From: Tubiluchus corallicola
Lineage: Eukaryota > Animalia > Priapulida
NCBI GenBank assembly: GCA_030141605.1
Contig: JAQGDQ010000247.1
Coordinates: 1-64,000, forward strand
DNA length: 64,000 nt
Reading direction: 5' to 3'
Shown one piece after another: positions 39,546 through 53,630 of the stretch; the first letter of the stretch is position 1, and each line of letters begins with the position of its first letter. The notes under the pieces are model-generated. The model saw only the letters and a program-made list of their open reading frames with translations, did not search any database and had not been told where the DNA came from. Both the position numbers and the translations under genes were made by a program.

Positions 39546-40661
39546 AACCCAGCAAATAAATAAGTGAATAAGCACTGAATTTAAAACGATAAATTCACAA
39601 CAGACAAACAGTTGCTTAACAGTTACTATTTAGTCACTAGAAATTTCTCATTTTGAAATACTGATAACTAAACATGTTACTGTCGTTTGTCAGATGAAAC
39701 CGACAAGAAGAAGAAGATATATCAGATGAAGTCTAATATAAGTATTTATAATGATTAGAAATTATGTTTATAGTGTATCTGCGTTTAAAAAAAACTGCCA
39801 CTCAAAATCTCTTAGTTTGTTTTGATTGACGGCTAACTAACTTGCTGCCTGACTGACTCACTGACTAATTTACCGACTGACTAACTGACTGAGCGACTAA
39901 TTGACAGACTGAAATGTTTGACTAACTTACTGACTGACTGTCTTGCCGAATGATTGACAGACTTTCTACATAGCTGGATAACTGATCGATTACCTGCTCA
40001 GATGACTTGTTGACTGGCTGGCTGTCTGTCTGGCTGAATGACAGACCGGTGGTCCGATTGGTTGATATAATTTTAAAAGGTGCGTCATTTAAACGACCAT
40101 TCAATCAAGTATACGCCAGTACAATAGATGGCAATACAGGCTTTCCAAGTATGTCAGTTTGGTATGTTGAGCGATGCCATCTATTTTCAAAAATTGTTTA
40201 ATAATTGTTCAGCGTTTAATTCATCAAAATGTTGCTAAGACAAAAAAATAATGAAATTTACCAACAAATACATTTCGTAAGTTCACATTTTTAAAATTTA
40301 AAATAGAGAATAAATAATTTAAATCATTAAAGTACACGAAGAAACTAATTTACATTATAAAAATAGGTGCTACAACGATAAAATAAAATTTATTAACAGC
40401 TAAAACATTTTGTCGTTGAAAATCACTTAGGAGTACCTGCGGTCCAAACCCTCAGATAATACGTCAATAAGCGCGCCATCTATGGAGGAAAAAAGTAGCC
40501 ATATGCCATGACGTGTAATATGGCTTAATGTTTAGATGCAAACTGATGTAAACGAGGTATCTGCCCTTTCTTCTGCTTGAGAAGTTGCTTCGGTACCAAA
40601 CTGAAATGATACAGAAGTATAATACAGTATTTCGAAATTAGAGATAATATTCATTAGTTAT

Positions 40662-40742
40662 TAGTTGTTACTGTTGTTGCTGTTGCTGTTGCTGCTGTTA
40701 CTGCTGTTGCTGTTGTTGTTGCTGCTGTTGTTGTTGTTGTTT

Positions 40743-40804
<62 letters not shown>

Positions 40805-40948
40805 GCTGCTGCTGCTGTAGCTGTTATTGCTGTTGTTGTTGTTGTTATTGTTATTGTCGATGTTGTTGTTGCTGTTGTTGTTGTTGTCGGTATTGTGGTG
40901 GCTGTTGTTGTTGCTGCTGCTGTTGTTACTGTTGTTGTTGTTGTTGTT

Positions 40949-40985
<37 letters not shown>

Positions 40986-41275
40986 TTGTTGTTGTTGTTG
41001 TTGTTCATGTTGTTGTTGTTGTTGCTGCTGCTGTAGCTGTTGTTGCTGTTGTTGCTATTGTTATTGTTATTGTCGTTGTTGTTGTTGCTGTTGTTGTTGT
41101 TGTTGTCGTTATTGTGGTGGCTGTTGTTGCTGCTGCTGCTGCTGTTGCTGTTGTTGTTGTTGTTGTTGTTTTTGCTGTTGTTGTTGTTGTTGTTTTTGCT
41201 GTTGTTGTTGTGTTGGTTGTTGTCCTTACTGTTGTTGTTGTTATTGTTGTTTTCGTCATTGTCGTCGTTGTTGCA
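40662..41275. repeat. Compound (GTT/GCT)n microsatellite with an internal ~240-bp duplication
   Basis: Direct read; the attgtggtggctgttgttg and gctgtagctgtt landmarks each occur twice. Confidence 0.9.
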
Positions 41276-41496
41276 GATGTGGTTATGATGATGAAATCTG
41301 CACATGTAATCATACATCATAGAACATTGCTACATGTAAGTTGCTTGGCGCAAATTCCTGAAATGCTTTTCCATCTTTTCTTTAAAATTAAAGCAAAGAG
41401 TACAACAATACATTATCCTTAAACGCACGTCTGAGTCGTTCGAGTTTTGTTCAACATTTCTGGTGCAACGAGCGATTCGGAATTCTAAATTGTTCT

Positions 41497-42107
41497 TAAA
41501 AGAAGACAGGATGATTTTTCATGTAGTACACCATTTTCAAGTACGGTAAAAGTATACATTTTAACACCAATATTACTGGAAAAGCGTTTCTGATAATTAA
41601 ATTATAGATTAAAAACTTAATTAACGACGGCCGAGCCCGAATATTTGTGATATCACAAACTAATAATTTTCAACAGCAAAAATATTCCACGAACATGTTG
41701 CACATGTTTGCAAAAGGGAAACTCGAAGTACAGTACTACTGTAAGATATTCAGCGTGTTGTACTAAAACCAGGCAAGTTTTAAGATATAAATTAAAATTT
41801 CAAATTTACCGTTGTGTTCACGCATAAGCTGTGGAACCTGTGTAGTTTGTCACAAACTAACACGTCTGAACTAAAAGGTACAGCCCCTGCTTTTTTGCGC
41901 AATGCCTTCCCGAAATGCAGGCGCTAGAGTCCGTCTAATTAGCGAATGGCGAAATGCATGTATCAGAGAAAAACTAGTGGCGCGAAGCGTGGTAATAATA
42001 ATTTTTTCACGCAAGGCATTCTTTAAAAAATAGTATGCTTCCTTCAGTATTTTAAAGAAATGGTTGTTTTGACCCACAGTTTAACATTAGGTCTGGTTTT
42101 GCCTTAA
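41497..42107 (+). mobile_element. Kolobok/T2-like MITE family 1, full-length copy (~610 bp)
   Basis: Termini TTAAAAGAAGACAGG...CTGGTTTTGCCTTAA; body matches the 5140 and 58458 copies. Confidence 0.8.
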
Positions 42108-43146
42108 ATTTACTACAATGAATGTAAAAATGGTGACATTATACCACAAGGTTGCATAAGTAGTCTTACGCCTTCGTTTTATCTATAGTCAAATATTACC
42201 AATGTATAGATAATTCCAAAATTGGGAAACGAATTACATTATGAATAAAATTTCATAGCTTTTCAAGTTTTGATAAGATTTTAGGAAAAATAACAATGGA
42301 ATTACAGGTTTTGTATGCAGCAAAATTTTCAGCAAATTTCTTCTTCGCTCAGAATTTTTCTTGGCTTTAGAGTGCTGACAAACTATGGATTAACTACGTT
42401 CAACTTTTGTCAACCAATAAAATCGTACGTGTGTCAAGGTCATTAATTATTGTCGGCTATCTTTCTTGAATTTAAAACGATTGCTTTTATTTTAGTTTAT
42501 ACTGTTGCTTAAAAATTTCTAAAATAGTTGAAATTTCATTCTTAAACAAAAATTAGTCGAAAACAGACGTTTTTTGCCGACAACACACTTGCAATTTTGT
42601 TGTGCACCAAAAATTTTCCAACAAAAGTTTATGAATTTTTTCGCCAGCAGAAGTTCACCGACAAAATCCGAATGAGCATTACACATTCACGATTTTAGTG
42701 GAAGAGTTGACAGTGTGTCAGCGCTTTATGTATGCTTCACATGCCTGCATCTGAGTTATAAACCTGTTGCAAACCAGTCATAAATAAAAAACTTACGTTT
42801 TGATTTCGCCTTTCTGCGATGTGTAAGACTTCTTCTTTATCGAAGTTATTCGTGAGTGCATAAAATGTTTACTCTTCACACAGTTAACCTAGTCCATGCA
42901 GCAAATGAACAAGAAAATGTCGCAAATCACGAGAATTGACAAAGCAGGAGGAAAAATGAGCAACCAAAACACGTGAAAGACGATGAGCAAAGCAAGAAAA
43001 AACCAAACAGTGAGATCCCAAAGTAACATGTCTCAAACATAGGCCCCCGAACAGATCAGTAGGCCTAACTGAACCACCACGTTGGTGGGCCTAATAGGAA
43101 AATTTTTATCGTTGTTGACTTCGTAGCTTCAACAGAACAAGCGACT

Positions 43147-43190
43147 GTCACTATAGCAACTGATGACGTCATTTTTAGCTACCCAGCAAC
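43147..43190. promoter_or_regulatory. X-box (GTCACTATAGCAAC), CRE (TGACGTCA) and a second half X-box
   Basis: Adjacent motifs at 43147-43160 and 43164-43171; no associated CDS found. Confidence 0.45.
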
Positions 43191-43794
43191 TATGATAACT
43201 ATAGAACATAGAACAGAGAACATTTCATTTTCTCAAGTGTCATTAGTGTCATTCACAGCAATAATGTTAGTTCAATATTAAACTAATTGCAATCATGGAG
43301 CAGGCCAGGGAGGGATCAAAGGGTCATCTAGTATCCTGGAATTTAATATTGTCGCACAGGCGTCTGGGCGGCCCACTCCATACAACTTCTGTTTTTTACT
43401 TCAAAATACGGCAGTTTTTTGTACCATCCAGTGTGAACGTTATCTATCACCCCCAAATTAACAGTAGTTTGTGTCTTTGAATTAAATCTAAATCACGAGA
43501 ATTATATTAAATTGACTTTTTCAAATATTTCGACTCTCTTTGGTTAGAATTTGCGTACCCTTTGCCTTTAACCAACCGACTTTCGCTTCTGGACATGGAC
43601 ACTAGTTTTGAACGTTTATATAGGGAAGGTCTATATCTGTTGTACTTAAGAGCTATAGAGGTAATTTAGATTCTGTACCTGTGTTTTTCAAGCCAGGTCT
43701 GGAGTTTTCCCTGTACTTAATGCACGCGGAGATAGGTACATTGGCTAAAGTTTACAATTTCCCACACTCAAGAAATTAGCTCGTGAAGCGCATT

Positions 43795-43918
43795 AAGATT
43801 AGAGTTAGGATTAGGATCAGTTTTGGGGTTAGGCTTAGGGCTGCGTTAGGGTTACGGATAAGGTTAGGGTTGCGTTAGGTTTAGGGTTCGGGTTAGGGTA
43901 GCGCTAGGATTAGGGTAT
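43795..43918 (+). repeat. Degenerate TTAGGG-like hexamer tract
   Basis: Run of ttaggg/ttagga/ttcggg variants; interstitial and probably internal to a transposon. Confidence 0.7.
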
Positions 43919-43999
43919 TTAAATTGTGTGGAGAATTGTAAATTGCTTCCGGTACAATTTTCTGGTTATTGTTCTGTTACGTCTTTTTAATTTTTAACC

Positions 44000-44160
44000 A
44001 ATTTAGGTTATAACCAATTTTTTGCCACCCGATTATAAAAGGACCTGGTTATAACTAAACTTTTTTGTTTTCCGCCCGATTATAAAAAAATGTAATAACT
44101 AATTTTTTTGCCATCCGATTGCAAAAAAATCTGGTTATAAGGAGATTTTTTTATAATGGG
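44000..44160. repeat. ~40-bp degenerate tandem repeat (3-4 units)
   Basis: ggttataac.aa.ttttttgcc.cccgattataaaa recurs. Confidence 0.65.
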
Positions 44161-47100
44161 ATATCGTGGCCTTTCGCTTTCGTAAAAACCAGTTTAGGGA
44201 TTTTCTCCATTTCTCCATTGTTTACTCAGACTGTTCTATGCGTAAATAGCATCTGCTGAGACTGACAATGAACGATAAGAACAATGGAGTATAATAATAT
44301 ATCAGCGTAATCAATAAACTGTTTTTCAAAACGACAACAAAAAAGAGGTCTACAATAAAAAATCGATAACAAAAAATAAATAAATAAAACATTGGCTCAA
44401 ACTAAAAAACACGAATGTTCAGCAACTGCAAATAAAATGTATGGACACTTTGTTAAATTAAAACAAAAATTAATTAAGAATGATAAACAGGCGAAAGAGA
44501 TTCGAAATTTTTTTTCAGCACAAACATCATACGCGTAAAATTTTTGAATGGACATCAATTCTTAACAATGGCGTTTACGCCTATACCACTACATCACGGG
44601 CTAAATTTTCTTTCGTTTCTTATAAAAAAGAAGGTTTCAATTTCAATTTCATTTTATTGCACAAATACAGTAGTGTATCATGGTAAAAAATTAAAATTAC
44701 AAAAAAAATTAAAGTACAAGAACAATTTCAAAATGTAACAAATACAATTATGCAAGAATGCAATTATGCAATTATGCAGTTATGCAATAGAATACAATTA
44801 TGCAAGAACAATTTCGAAATATAACAATTACATTTATGCAATGTTTCATAGAATTGTAATTATTATTCATGTTTTATTAACCAGAATCAAAGCACAAAAT
44901 TCGAGGTCAAATCACAAAGTGCGTTGCAACACTGAAAACACAAATTGCAATAGTTGAATATCTTCTCTTATGAATTGTTAAAAATCCGCCAAGTCTTATC
45001 GAGATTTTGATTTCATGTGGAAAAAGGCCAGATTTAGAAATATGCATAATTTGTTCAATGTTGGCTCATAAATATGTGTGTACAAGCCAGCATTTAGTTC
45101 TGCTAAAAGCCCAACTGTATAATTTTTAATATATTTTATGGCCATTGCCTCTTCGTACATCAACAGAAAAAAACTGAGATGCTCAGACATGAATTGAACC
45201 TCGGACCTTTTGAATATGACAGATATGTGACCAAGGGTTTTACACGTGGGTCTAAATTTCTATTTTTTATGAACCGTATATCTACATGAATACAACTGAA
45301 TTCGGTTTGGCTGTTGTCAATTATTGTAATTGTAATTAATAAATCGGGAGTAAATAAAATAAAATAAAATAGAATAAAATGAAATGAAAATTAATTTAGA
45401 TAAAAGAAATTTTTTACTAGATTCATAAACCGAACTTTGAAACTTCACGGTTAGGTAATAAAGTTAAATAATATTCAGGTTAATTGATTTAGAAATAAAT
45501 AATACAACAAGGACATATAATTTCCTAGTTTATTTGCTTAAAAGTCCTTAGTAACTCAAGTTTGTTTCCACTACGTTATGGTTCGATGCAAACATTTTAC
45601 GAAATATTTTTACTTTACTTTACGGTCTTTTTTACAGTGTGTTTAGTCCCTTTTAGTATGGCGTTAAACAATTAGATAATTTAACCTTATTTTCCTAGTA
45701 TTAATGGGGAAACTATAGTCAATTTTTCACCAAATTTCTTAATATTACATATTTTATATATTTCGTACATTTAAAAGTACGTAGCATTATATGAAAAATT
45801 CAAACACTCAGCTACACTATAAAATTGTAAAAGAATCTACTAAAATATTTACTCATATACAAAAAACATTATTTACACAAGACAAGTCATTAAAAAGTAC
45901 AATACACGGAGGCAAAAAACACAGTAAAGTTACAGACTTAAAAAGATAAGGGATCTTAGTTACATAATGCAAAACATAGTCTGTACTAATAAGTCTATAT
46001 AACTGTACAATGATATCAAGAATAAACATACACTTTATCAATTATATCATTGGGTAGTTCTGCCAGTCCACATATAAATCCTGCTATCTTTCATGATAAT
46101 GACGCAAAAAGATTTTATATAAGGCAGGCGGCCCTAGAAAGAAAACTAAATGCTATTAAATTCTTAAATAGTGTAAACCATGTAATGTACTATAAAAAGT
46201 TTCACTACCTAAGACAATGTGCTGAACTATAATTAGAAACGATGCAACTGGCTTTAGTGTTCCTAAGCTAACACACTACAAGCAGTTGCGTTCGGCAAGG
46301 CATTAAAATATACCTGTTTAAATCAATTTTGAGATTGTAGATTGAAATCAATATTGTACTACTATGAAGTCTATCAAAGATAACCACATGGGTATTTTCT
46401 GGCTACAAGACTATTTTACAAACGTACGTATTAGGAGGAAGGATTAAAAGTTAATTTGGAGAACATTTTTTGGATGTCCGTGTGTATTCAATGTGTTGAA
46501 CTGCTGATTTAATACACTCGCCTTTAGCAAGTTCAATTTTAATACATTTGTTATCATGTTTACCAAACTACATTACATAGCTTTAAGTGATCATCGGTCT
46601 CAGGACACCCAGGGCCTATCAAAATTTAGGCCCTAAGGCTACAGGCTATCGTCTTATTAGCCTAAAGGTTAATTTGCATCTGGTGATAAAGTATGCCCAG
46701 TTCAGCATCACAGGCCTATAATTTCTCTCAACATGTCTATCTAGCTGATGAAGCTTGCATGCTTACCTTCGAGGACGCAGATGTTTTAATAACAACTACC
46801 TGTCTCTAATCACCACCTTTAATATCTATATACCTGTCTATATAACCTAATCCATTCCCATTCAGGTAGCTGAAGCTAATGACAGCGATTAACTCTAATG
46901 TGCATGGGGTTAATATGCAGGAAGTTAGGTGGCGCTACAAGCTACCCCATAATTCCGTGCGAGCTAATGGCAGCGTTTATTTGCGTAGTCAGAGAGAAAT
47001 CGTAATTAAACATGACTCTTGTCTTCGTAACACCATCAAGCAATTCGGCGTTCATTAGGAGATGAGGATTCGGCGAATCTGACACACTTTCGCGTGGCTT

Positions 47101-47429
47101 CGTAATTAACCGGCTTCTGTGCTGGAATTTTGCGTCGCACGCTCTTGCAAATTAACAATGAAAATGTCAAAGGGATGATAGGAGAGAGTGTGTGTATGAG
47201 TCGTGATTGGACGCTATTTTCAGTTTTTATTGCCACCGAGAATTGGCTTCTAATGACGCAGTAATGCAGTTGTCAATAATTTGCTGTTGTAGGAAGCCAT
47301 ACAAAGTGCCTTCAGACCTCATATTCGTAATTTTTGAATGAATAGAGAAATTATTAACGAGTTTGTGTTATGCCTGGGGCACTGCAAAATTCTGCTAAGC
47401 CAAACAATAACTCGGTTTTATCAGAGTGC

Positions 47430-47648
47430 CATCATCAGCATCAGCATTATCATCATCTTCGTCTTTATCATCATCACCATCGTCACCACCATAATCATTA
47501 TTACCACCACCACCACCACCACTACATCATCATCATCACCATCATTGTCATCACCACCATAATCATTATTACCACCACTACCACCACCACCACCACCACT
47601 ACCACTACATCATCATCATCGTCGTCGTCGTCGTTGTCGTCGTCATCG

Positions 47649-47701
<53 letters not shown>
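47430..47701. repeat. (CAT/CAC)n microsatellite
   Basis: Direct read. Confidence 0.9.
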
Positions 47702-47704
<3 letters not shown>

Positions 47705-47719
47705 TTCTTCATTCCTTCC

Positions 47720-47990
47720 TTTCTAGACATTGAGACACTACCATTTATTAGAACATTTCATCCGCTCCTATCTGCAGCTGTACCATAAGTTCTTCTACTC
47801 CTAAAGGTAGATTTGGTTGAAGTTGTTAAACATCTTTAGTTATCTTAGTTGTCCAAGTTGTTTTTTTGAGAGCCAGGTGTTTTTTCTGGTCTTAAGGCTT
47901 CTTCTAAGGCAATTCCAGCTGGTGTTTCATTCAGTAATCTAAGAAGTTGTACTGGCCATTTTAATCCTCGGAAATTGACTTCTTAACTCT
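47720..47990 (-). mobile_element. RTE-clade LINE 3' remnant
   Basis: Minus-strand translation ~RGLKWPVQLLRLLNETPAGIALEEALRPEKTPGS..TTWTTKITKD resembles the RTE C-terminus 'RLxWxGHxxR...P.R.AL......GRPxTTW...xxD'. Confidence 0.7.
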
Positions 47991-48699
47991 AAGGAACTTT
48001 CTTTCAGTGAAGCAACGAATGGGCAGATTAAGTGATGTGGTTAAGAGACTATCCAGTCAAACAGAACAGGACAAGAATGCTATTCAACTCAAAAAATGTA
48101 AATTATTGCGTTTAGCTTTTCATATAAGCGGAGCCTCACAATCATCATTGATCGTTAAATGATGCAATTTTTTTCTAGAAGATCATGAAAAGCTATTAGG
48201 AATCACGGCACAAACGATATTCGTGTCGAAGCGTTAATGTTAAAAGCTGCTAGCAGATTGTTCATTTTAAGGCTTCTGAGTCGTTCAGATGCAACTAATG
48301 TTGATCTAGTTAAAGCACAATTATAATTATTGCATACATTCGTTCCATTTTAGAAAACGCAGTTAGCCACTCTAGTATCACTGCTTCACAATCTAAAGAA
48401 CCTGAAAATTTTCAAGAAAGGGCGTAAAAATTATGTTACATAATAATAAGCCGTTTCACAATTTCAGCGATTGGTGATGACCGTTAAAAGGTCAAAGGTT
48501 ACGTGTACCAGACAACGCATTTGTGTACACTTGACAGCGCCTCGCAGCCCATGCTCACGCAACAGTAACCTTACCTACTTCCTGTTTCCAATCAAGATCC
48601 TGCTATTAAATTACTCTACACAGAGACTAATACATAATTAAGTAAAGTACAGGTAAAACATCTGAAGTACTGAACTATTGATTCGCTTAACTATTGACT

Positions 48700-48966
48700 T
48701 ACTCACTCACTCACTCACTCACTCACTCACTCACTCACTCACTCACTCACTCACTCACTCACTCACTCACTCACTCACTCACTCACTCACTCACTCACTC
48801 ACTCACTCACTCACTCACTCACTCACTCACTCACTCACTCACTCACTCACTCACTCACTCACTCACTCACTCACTCACTCACTCACTCACTCACTCACTC
48901 ACTCACTCACTCACTCACTCACTCACTCACTCACTCACTCACTCACTCACTTACTTACTTTACTTA
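48700..48966. repeat. (ACTC)n microsatellite
   Basis: Direct read. Confidence 0.97.
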
Positions 48967-49328
48967 TATTCACGGACGTACTCATAGCTTTGTACATTTA
49001 AACTACCTTTACTAATTTTTGCTTTTGAGTATTTTGTAGTTTATTTTTATTTCACCTTTAGTTCGAAGAACAACCAAGAAAGGCATTACTAAGTTATGCC
49101 GATATGTTGAGAAAAAGTAGATATTTTATATCATCTACACGCTTTATAATTTTGCAACGTAGACGTAAAAAGTAAGCTATGGTAAATCCCAACAACACGA
49201 AATGGATACTAAGAATTTCTCCACTCTCAAAAAATCTTAAATTTCGTGTTCACAAGGGTTTATTTTAGGACCTTTGCTATGTCTCGAACATATAAACGAT
49301 TGTTGCTGCAAACATTTTTACGCATATG

Positions 49329-49858
49329 CCACACCACACCACACCACACCACACCACACCACACCACACCACACCACACCATGCCACGCCACGCCACGCC
49401 ATGCCACGCCCCACCACTCCACACCGTAACACGCCACGCCACGCCACTCCACACCATACCACACCAAACCACACCACATCACACCATGCCACGCCATGCC
49501 ACACCACTCCACTCCACGCCATGCGATGCCACGCCACGCCAAACCACACCACATTATGCCACGCCATGCCGCGCCACACCACTCCACACCATACCATACT
49601 GTACTATGCCATGTCATGATATTCCTCATCGTGCTGTGCCGTGCCACAACCATACTGTACTGTACCATACGGTGCCACACAATAAACAACAATACAATAC
49701 AATGCAATGCAATTCAATTCTATTCAATGCAATGCAATGTAAAGCAATACAATACAATAAACTACAATACAATGCAACGCAATGCTATGCAATACAACGC
49801 AATTCAATGCAACACAGCACAACACAATACATTGCAACATAATACAATACAATCTGCA
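49329..49858. repeat. Drifting pentanucleotide repeat (CACAC/CACGC to TACAA/TGCAA)
   Basis: Direct read. Confidence 0.9.
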
Positions 49859-50185
49859 ATTACAAATGAAAGAGGTCATACGTATTTGTCCTTTTCAGTC
49901 TTTGGTTGTCTTTGAAATGACGTTGCACTTGAAGATGCTAACATACGTGGCGACCATGTACTTTGAGAAGGGATGAAGATAATGCCATCATTTGCACAGC
50001 CTCATATTAACTCCATCATCACATGGCTTTTGTTTGCTGAGGATTTTAATGCTTTTCCATTGGGAAACCTTATTTGCGGCTAAGTCGACATAATATTTGC
50101 ACTCAGCTGAGCGCGAAGAGAATCAGATCTGCTGAATGGGTGTCGTGTATTAGAAGTACTTATGGAGAAACTCGTGGAGGAGGGT

Positions 50186-50932
50186 TGCTTTGTATTGCTT
50201 TGCATTGTTTTGTGTTGCGTTACGTTATGTTACATTGCATTGTCTTATATTGTATTGAATTGAATTGCATCGTATCGTGTCGTATCCCATCGTTCGTATC
50301 GTATCGTATTGTATCGTTTGTATTGTACCGTATTGTGTCGTATCGTATCGTATCGTATCGTATCGTATCGTATCGTATCGTATCGTATCGTATCGTATCG
50401 TATCGTATCGTATCGTATCGTATCGTATCATTTGTATCACATTGTATCGTTTGTATCGTGTCGTATTGTGTCGTATCGTTTTGTATTGTACCGTATTGTG
50501 TCGTATCGTATCGTATCGTATCGTATCGTATCGTATCATTTGTATCACATTGTATCGTTTGTATCGTGTCGTATTGTGTCGTATCGTTTTGTATTGTACC
50601 GTATTGTGTCGTATCGTATCGTATCGTATCGTATCGTATCGTATCGTATCGTATCGTATCGTATCGTATCGTATCGTATCGTATCGTATCGTATCATTTG
50701 TATCACATTGTATCGTTTGTATCGTATCGTGTCGTGTCGTGTCGTATCGTATCGTATCGTATCGTATCGTATCGTATCGTATTGTATCATACTGTATGGT
50801 ATCTTTTGTATAATATCGTATGGTGTGGTATCGTATCGTGTCATGTGTTGTGTTGTGTCGTATCATGTCGTAGCATATCGCATCATATCGTATCCCATTG
50901 CATTACACTGTGTTGTATCTTATCACCATTGT
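50186..50932. repeat. (ATCGT)n pentanucleotide repeat with repeated interruption blocks
   Basis: Direct read; the atcatttgtatcacattgtatcgtttgt block recurs three times. Confidence 0.95.
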
Positions 50933-50989
50933 ACTGAATTCTGTGCTATAGTGGGTTTACTACCATATTAATGAGTTATTGATGATGGC

Positions 50990-51133
<144 letters not shown>

Positions 51134-51451
51134 ATATTCCAAAAATACATAAAAATGCCTCTTTTTGCTGGTTCAGCACAACAATTTACATTTTCATATA
51201 ACAAATCTTTTAAATATTTTCAGTTTCACACTATGTACAACATTTAAAAAGAATAATTCCTGGTTTTTAGCATGATTTAATATTGACTGTGTGTAGATAG
51301 TATATTGTATAGAGTTTAGTATTTAGTATGAATTAGTATATATACCTGGATTTTAGATACTTGTTTAAAGTGATTCGTCGTTTCGGTTCAATACTTAGCA
51401 ATTAGGCAGCCTGTCAGTCAGTAAAGCAAACAAACAACTGTGCTTGGGGTA

Positions 51452-51553
51452 TTGATGACGATGTTGGCGTTGATGACAATGACAATGATCATGGTAATTG
51501 CGGTAATGGTGATAATGATGATGATGACGACGACAATAATGATGATTACGATA

Positions 51554-51604
<51 letters not shown>

Positions 51605-51672
51605 CTATTGATGATGAGGCTATTGATGATGATGATGACGACGACAATGATGATGACGATAATGATGACGAC
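51452..51672. repeat. (GAT)n microsatellite
   Basis: Direct read. Confidence 0.9.
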
Positions 51673-52932
51673 AGGCGAAGCGTCACATTTATAACTTTTG
51701 AACTAATACGAGCTTGATAATAAAATAATGACCCAGACCATCGGTGCACGATATTGCATGACTAGTGCGTGACTTGGACACTGCCCATGTTTAAGCCTTT
51801 CCATCAAGCTTCCATGCATCCGTTTATTGCCCACAGTAATTTGACTTGATTAAAGACTATAAAGGGCAGCAAGGACAGCACGTGATGAGAGTCCATAATG
51901 GAAGCTGAGCGCTCAGCGGAGGAGACATCCACCCGTTTTGGTCAAGCTAACTCATTTCCTTCTAGAGACGAAAGCAAACAATTATCAAAGCAGTTGACCA
52001 GGCAAATAACTTATATCAGCATGGAGGCGATCAATAATGCGTCTTGCCTTTCCCTATCTCCATCTCATTTAACTCTTTTGCCGAGGAAATGTTTGCTCAG
52101 TATATAGTATATCAATCAGGAGAATGGCTGCCAATCTGTCCTTTTTCCACAAGGGACAGAATATGAGATAGTATTAAAGTCTAAGGTTTCCCTTCGCTGA
52201 ATGCTGGCCCGTGCGGAATTCACTCACTGGCATTGACGCGTGACAATGGCGTACCCCGTCACGTGATTCCGCCGAGAAAAGCAGTCCCAAGACGCATGCA
52301 TATTAATGCGCGGAAAATGTTATATCCACGAGCCCCATTGATTAGGTTATATTGCAGAATAGGACGTACTTTTGCTTATCAGATCGCAATTACGTTGATT
52401 CTGGGCTGTGCTGCGTTTGTGTTGGTCAAACTAATGAAAGATTTATACCGCGGCGCACCGTTCTTTTAGCCGCAATTATAGAGCCTCAGATGTGGAACGA
52501 CATATTCAGCACGGGCGGCTTTTGTACATGTACATTTCCTGGGCATTAATGAAAGTTTAATCACAGTCGCAACATTCTCTGGCTAATGTAAAAGCACTCA
52601 ACATCAGCCACTGACCGGCAGCTTACAATCAAAGAGATCTGGCTATTGGCTTCAACTCGCTTGGGCAAAGTAACGGAGAACCGATGTTTTGGCTTTTAAG
52701 ATCATTTGCGGGGGTATTATGCTTTATAGGCCCCGCGCTTATAATGACTCTTTCTGTGTAACATAATTACGCTTCTCTATCATGCACTTCATTCATGCAA
52801 GGGTATGGATGTTGCTTTGTGGACGTTATACGTAATTTAGCTAATGCTATGATGAGAAATAATAATTATTATTATTTGATGGTTAAAGGGGAGAATTTTA
52901 AAGCACGTCCCAAGACCTACCTACCTACCTCC

Positions 52933-53445
<513 letters not shown>

Positions 53446-53514
53446 TGGGTTATTCTAGGTTATAAAGACGTCTCAGAAACTTACCATACAAAGTTATACT
53501 ATTAATTAAGTTTT

Positions 53515-53630
53515 TATCTACTATTTAATTAACAGAAACGCTTTTGCAGTATTAATTGTGTTAAAATGTATACTTTTTATCGGACTTGAAAATGCGGTAG
53601 TATATGAAAAATCATCCTGTCTTCCTTTAA
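53515..53630 (-). mobile_element. Family 1 MITE terminal fragment, inverted
   Basis: Ends CATCCTGTCTTCCTTTAA, the reverse complement of the 5140 start. Confidence 0.75.

Noticed and set aside
43795-43918. Telomere or interstitial telomeric fusion site
   Set aside because: Too short and degenerate; such tracts are common inside non-autonomous transposons.
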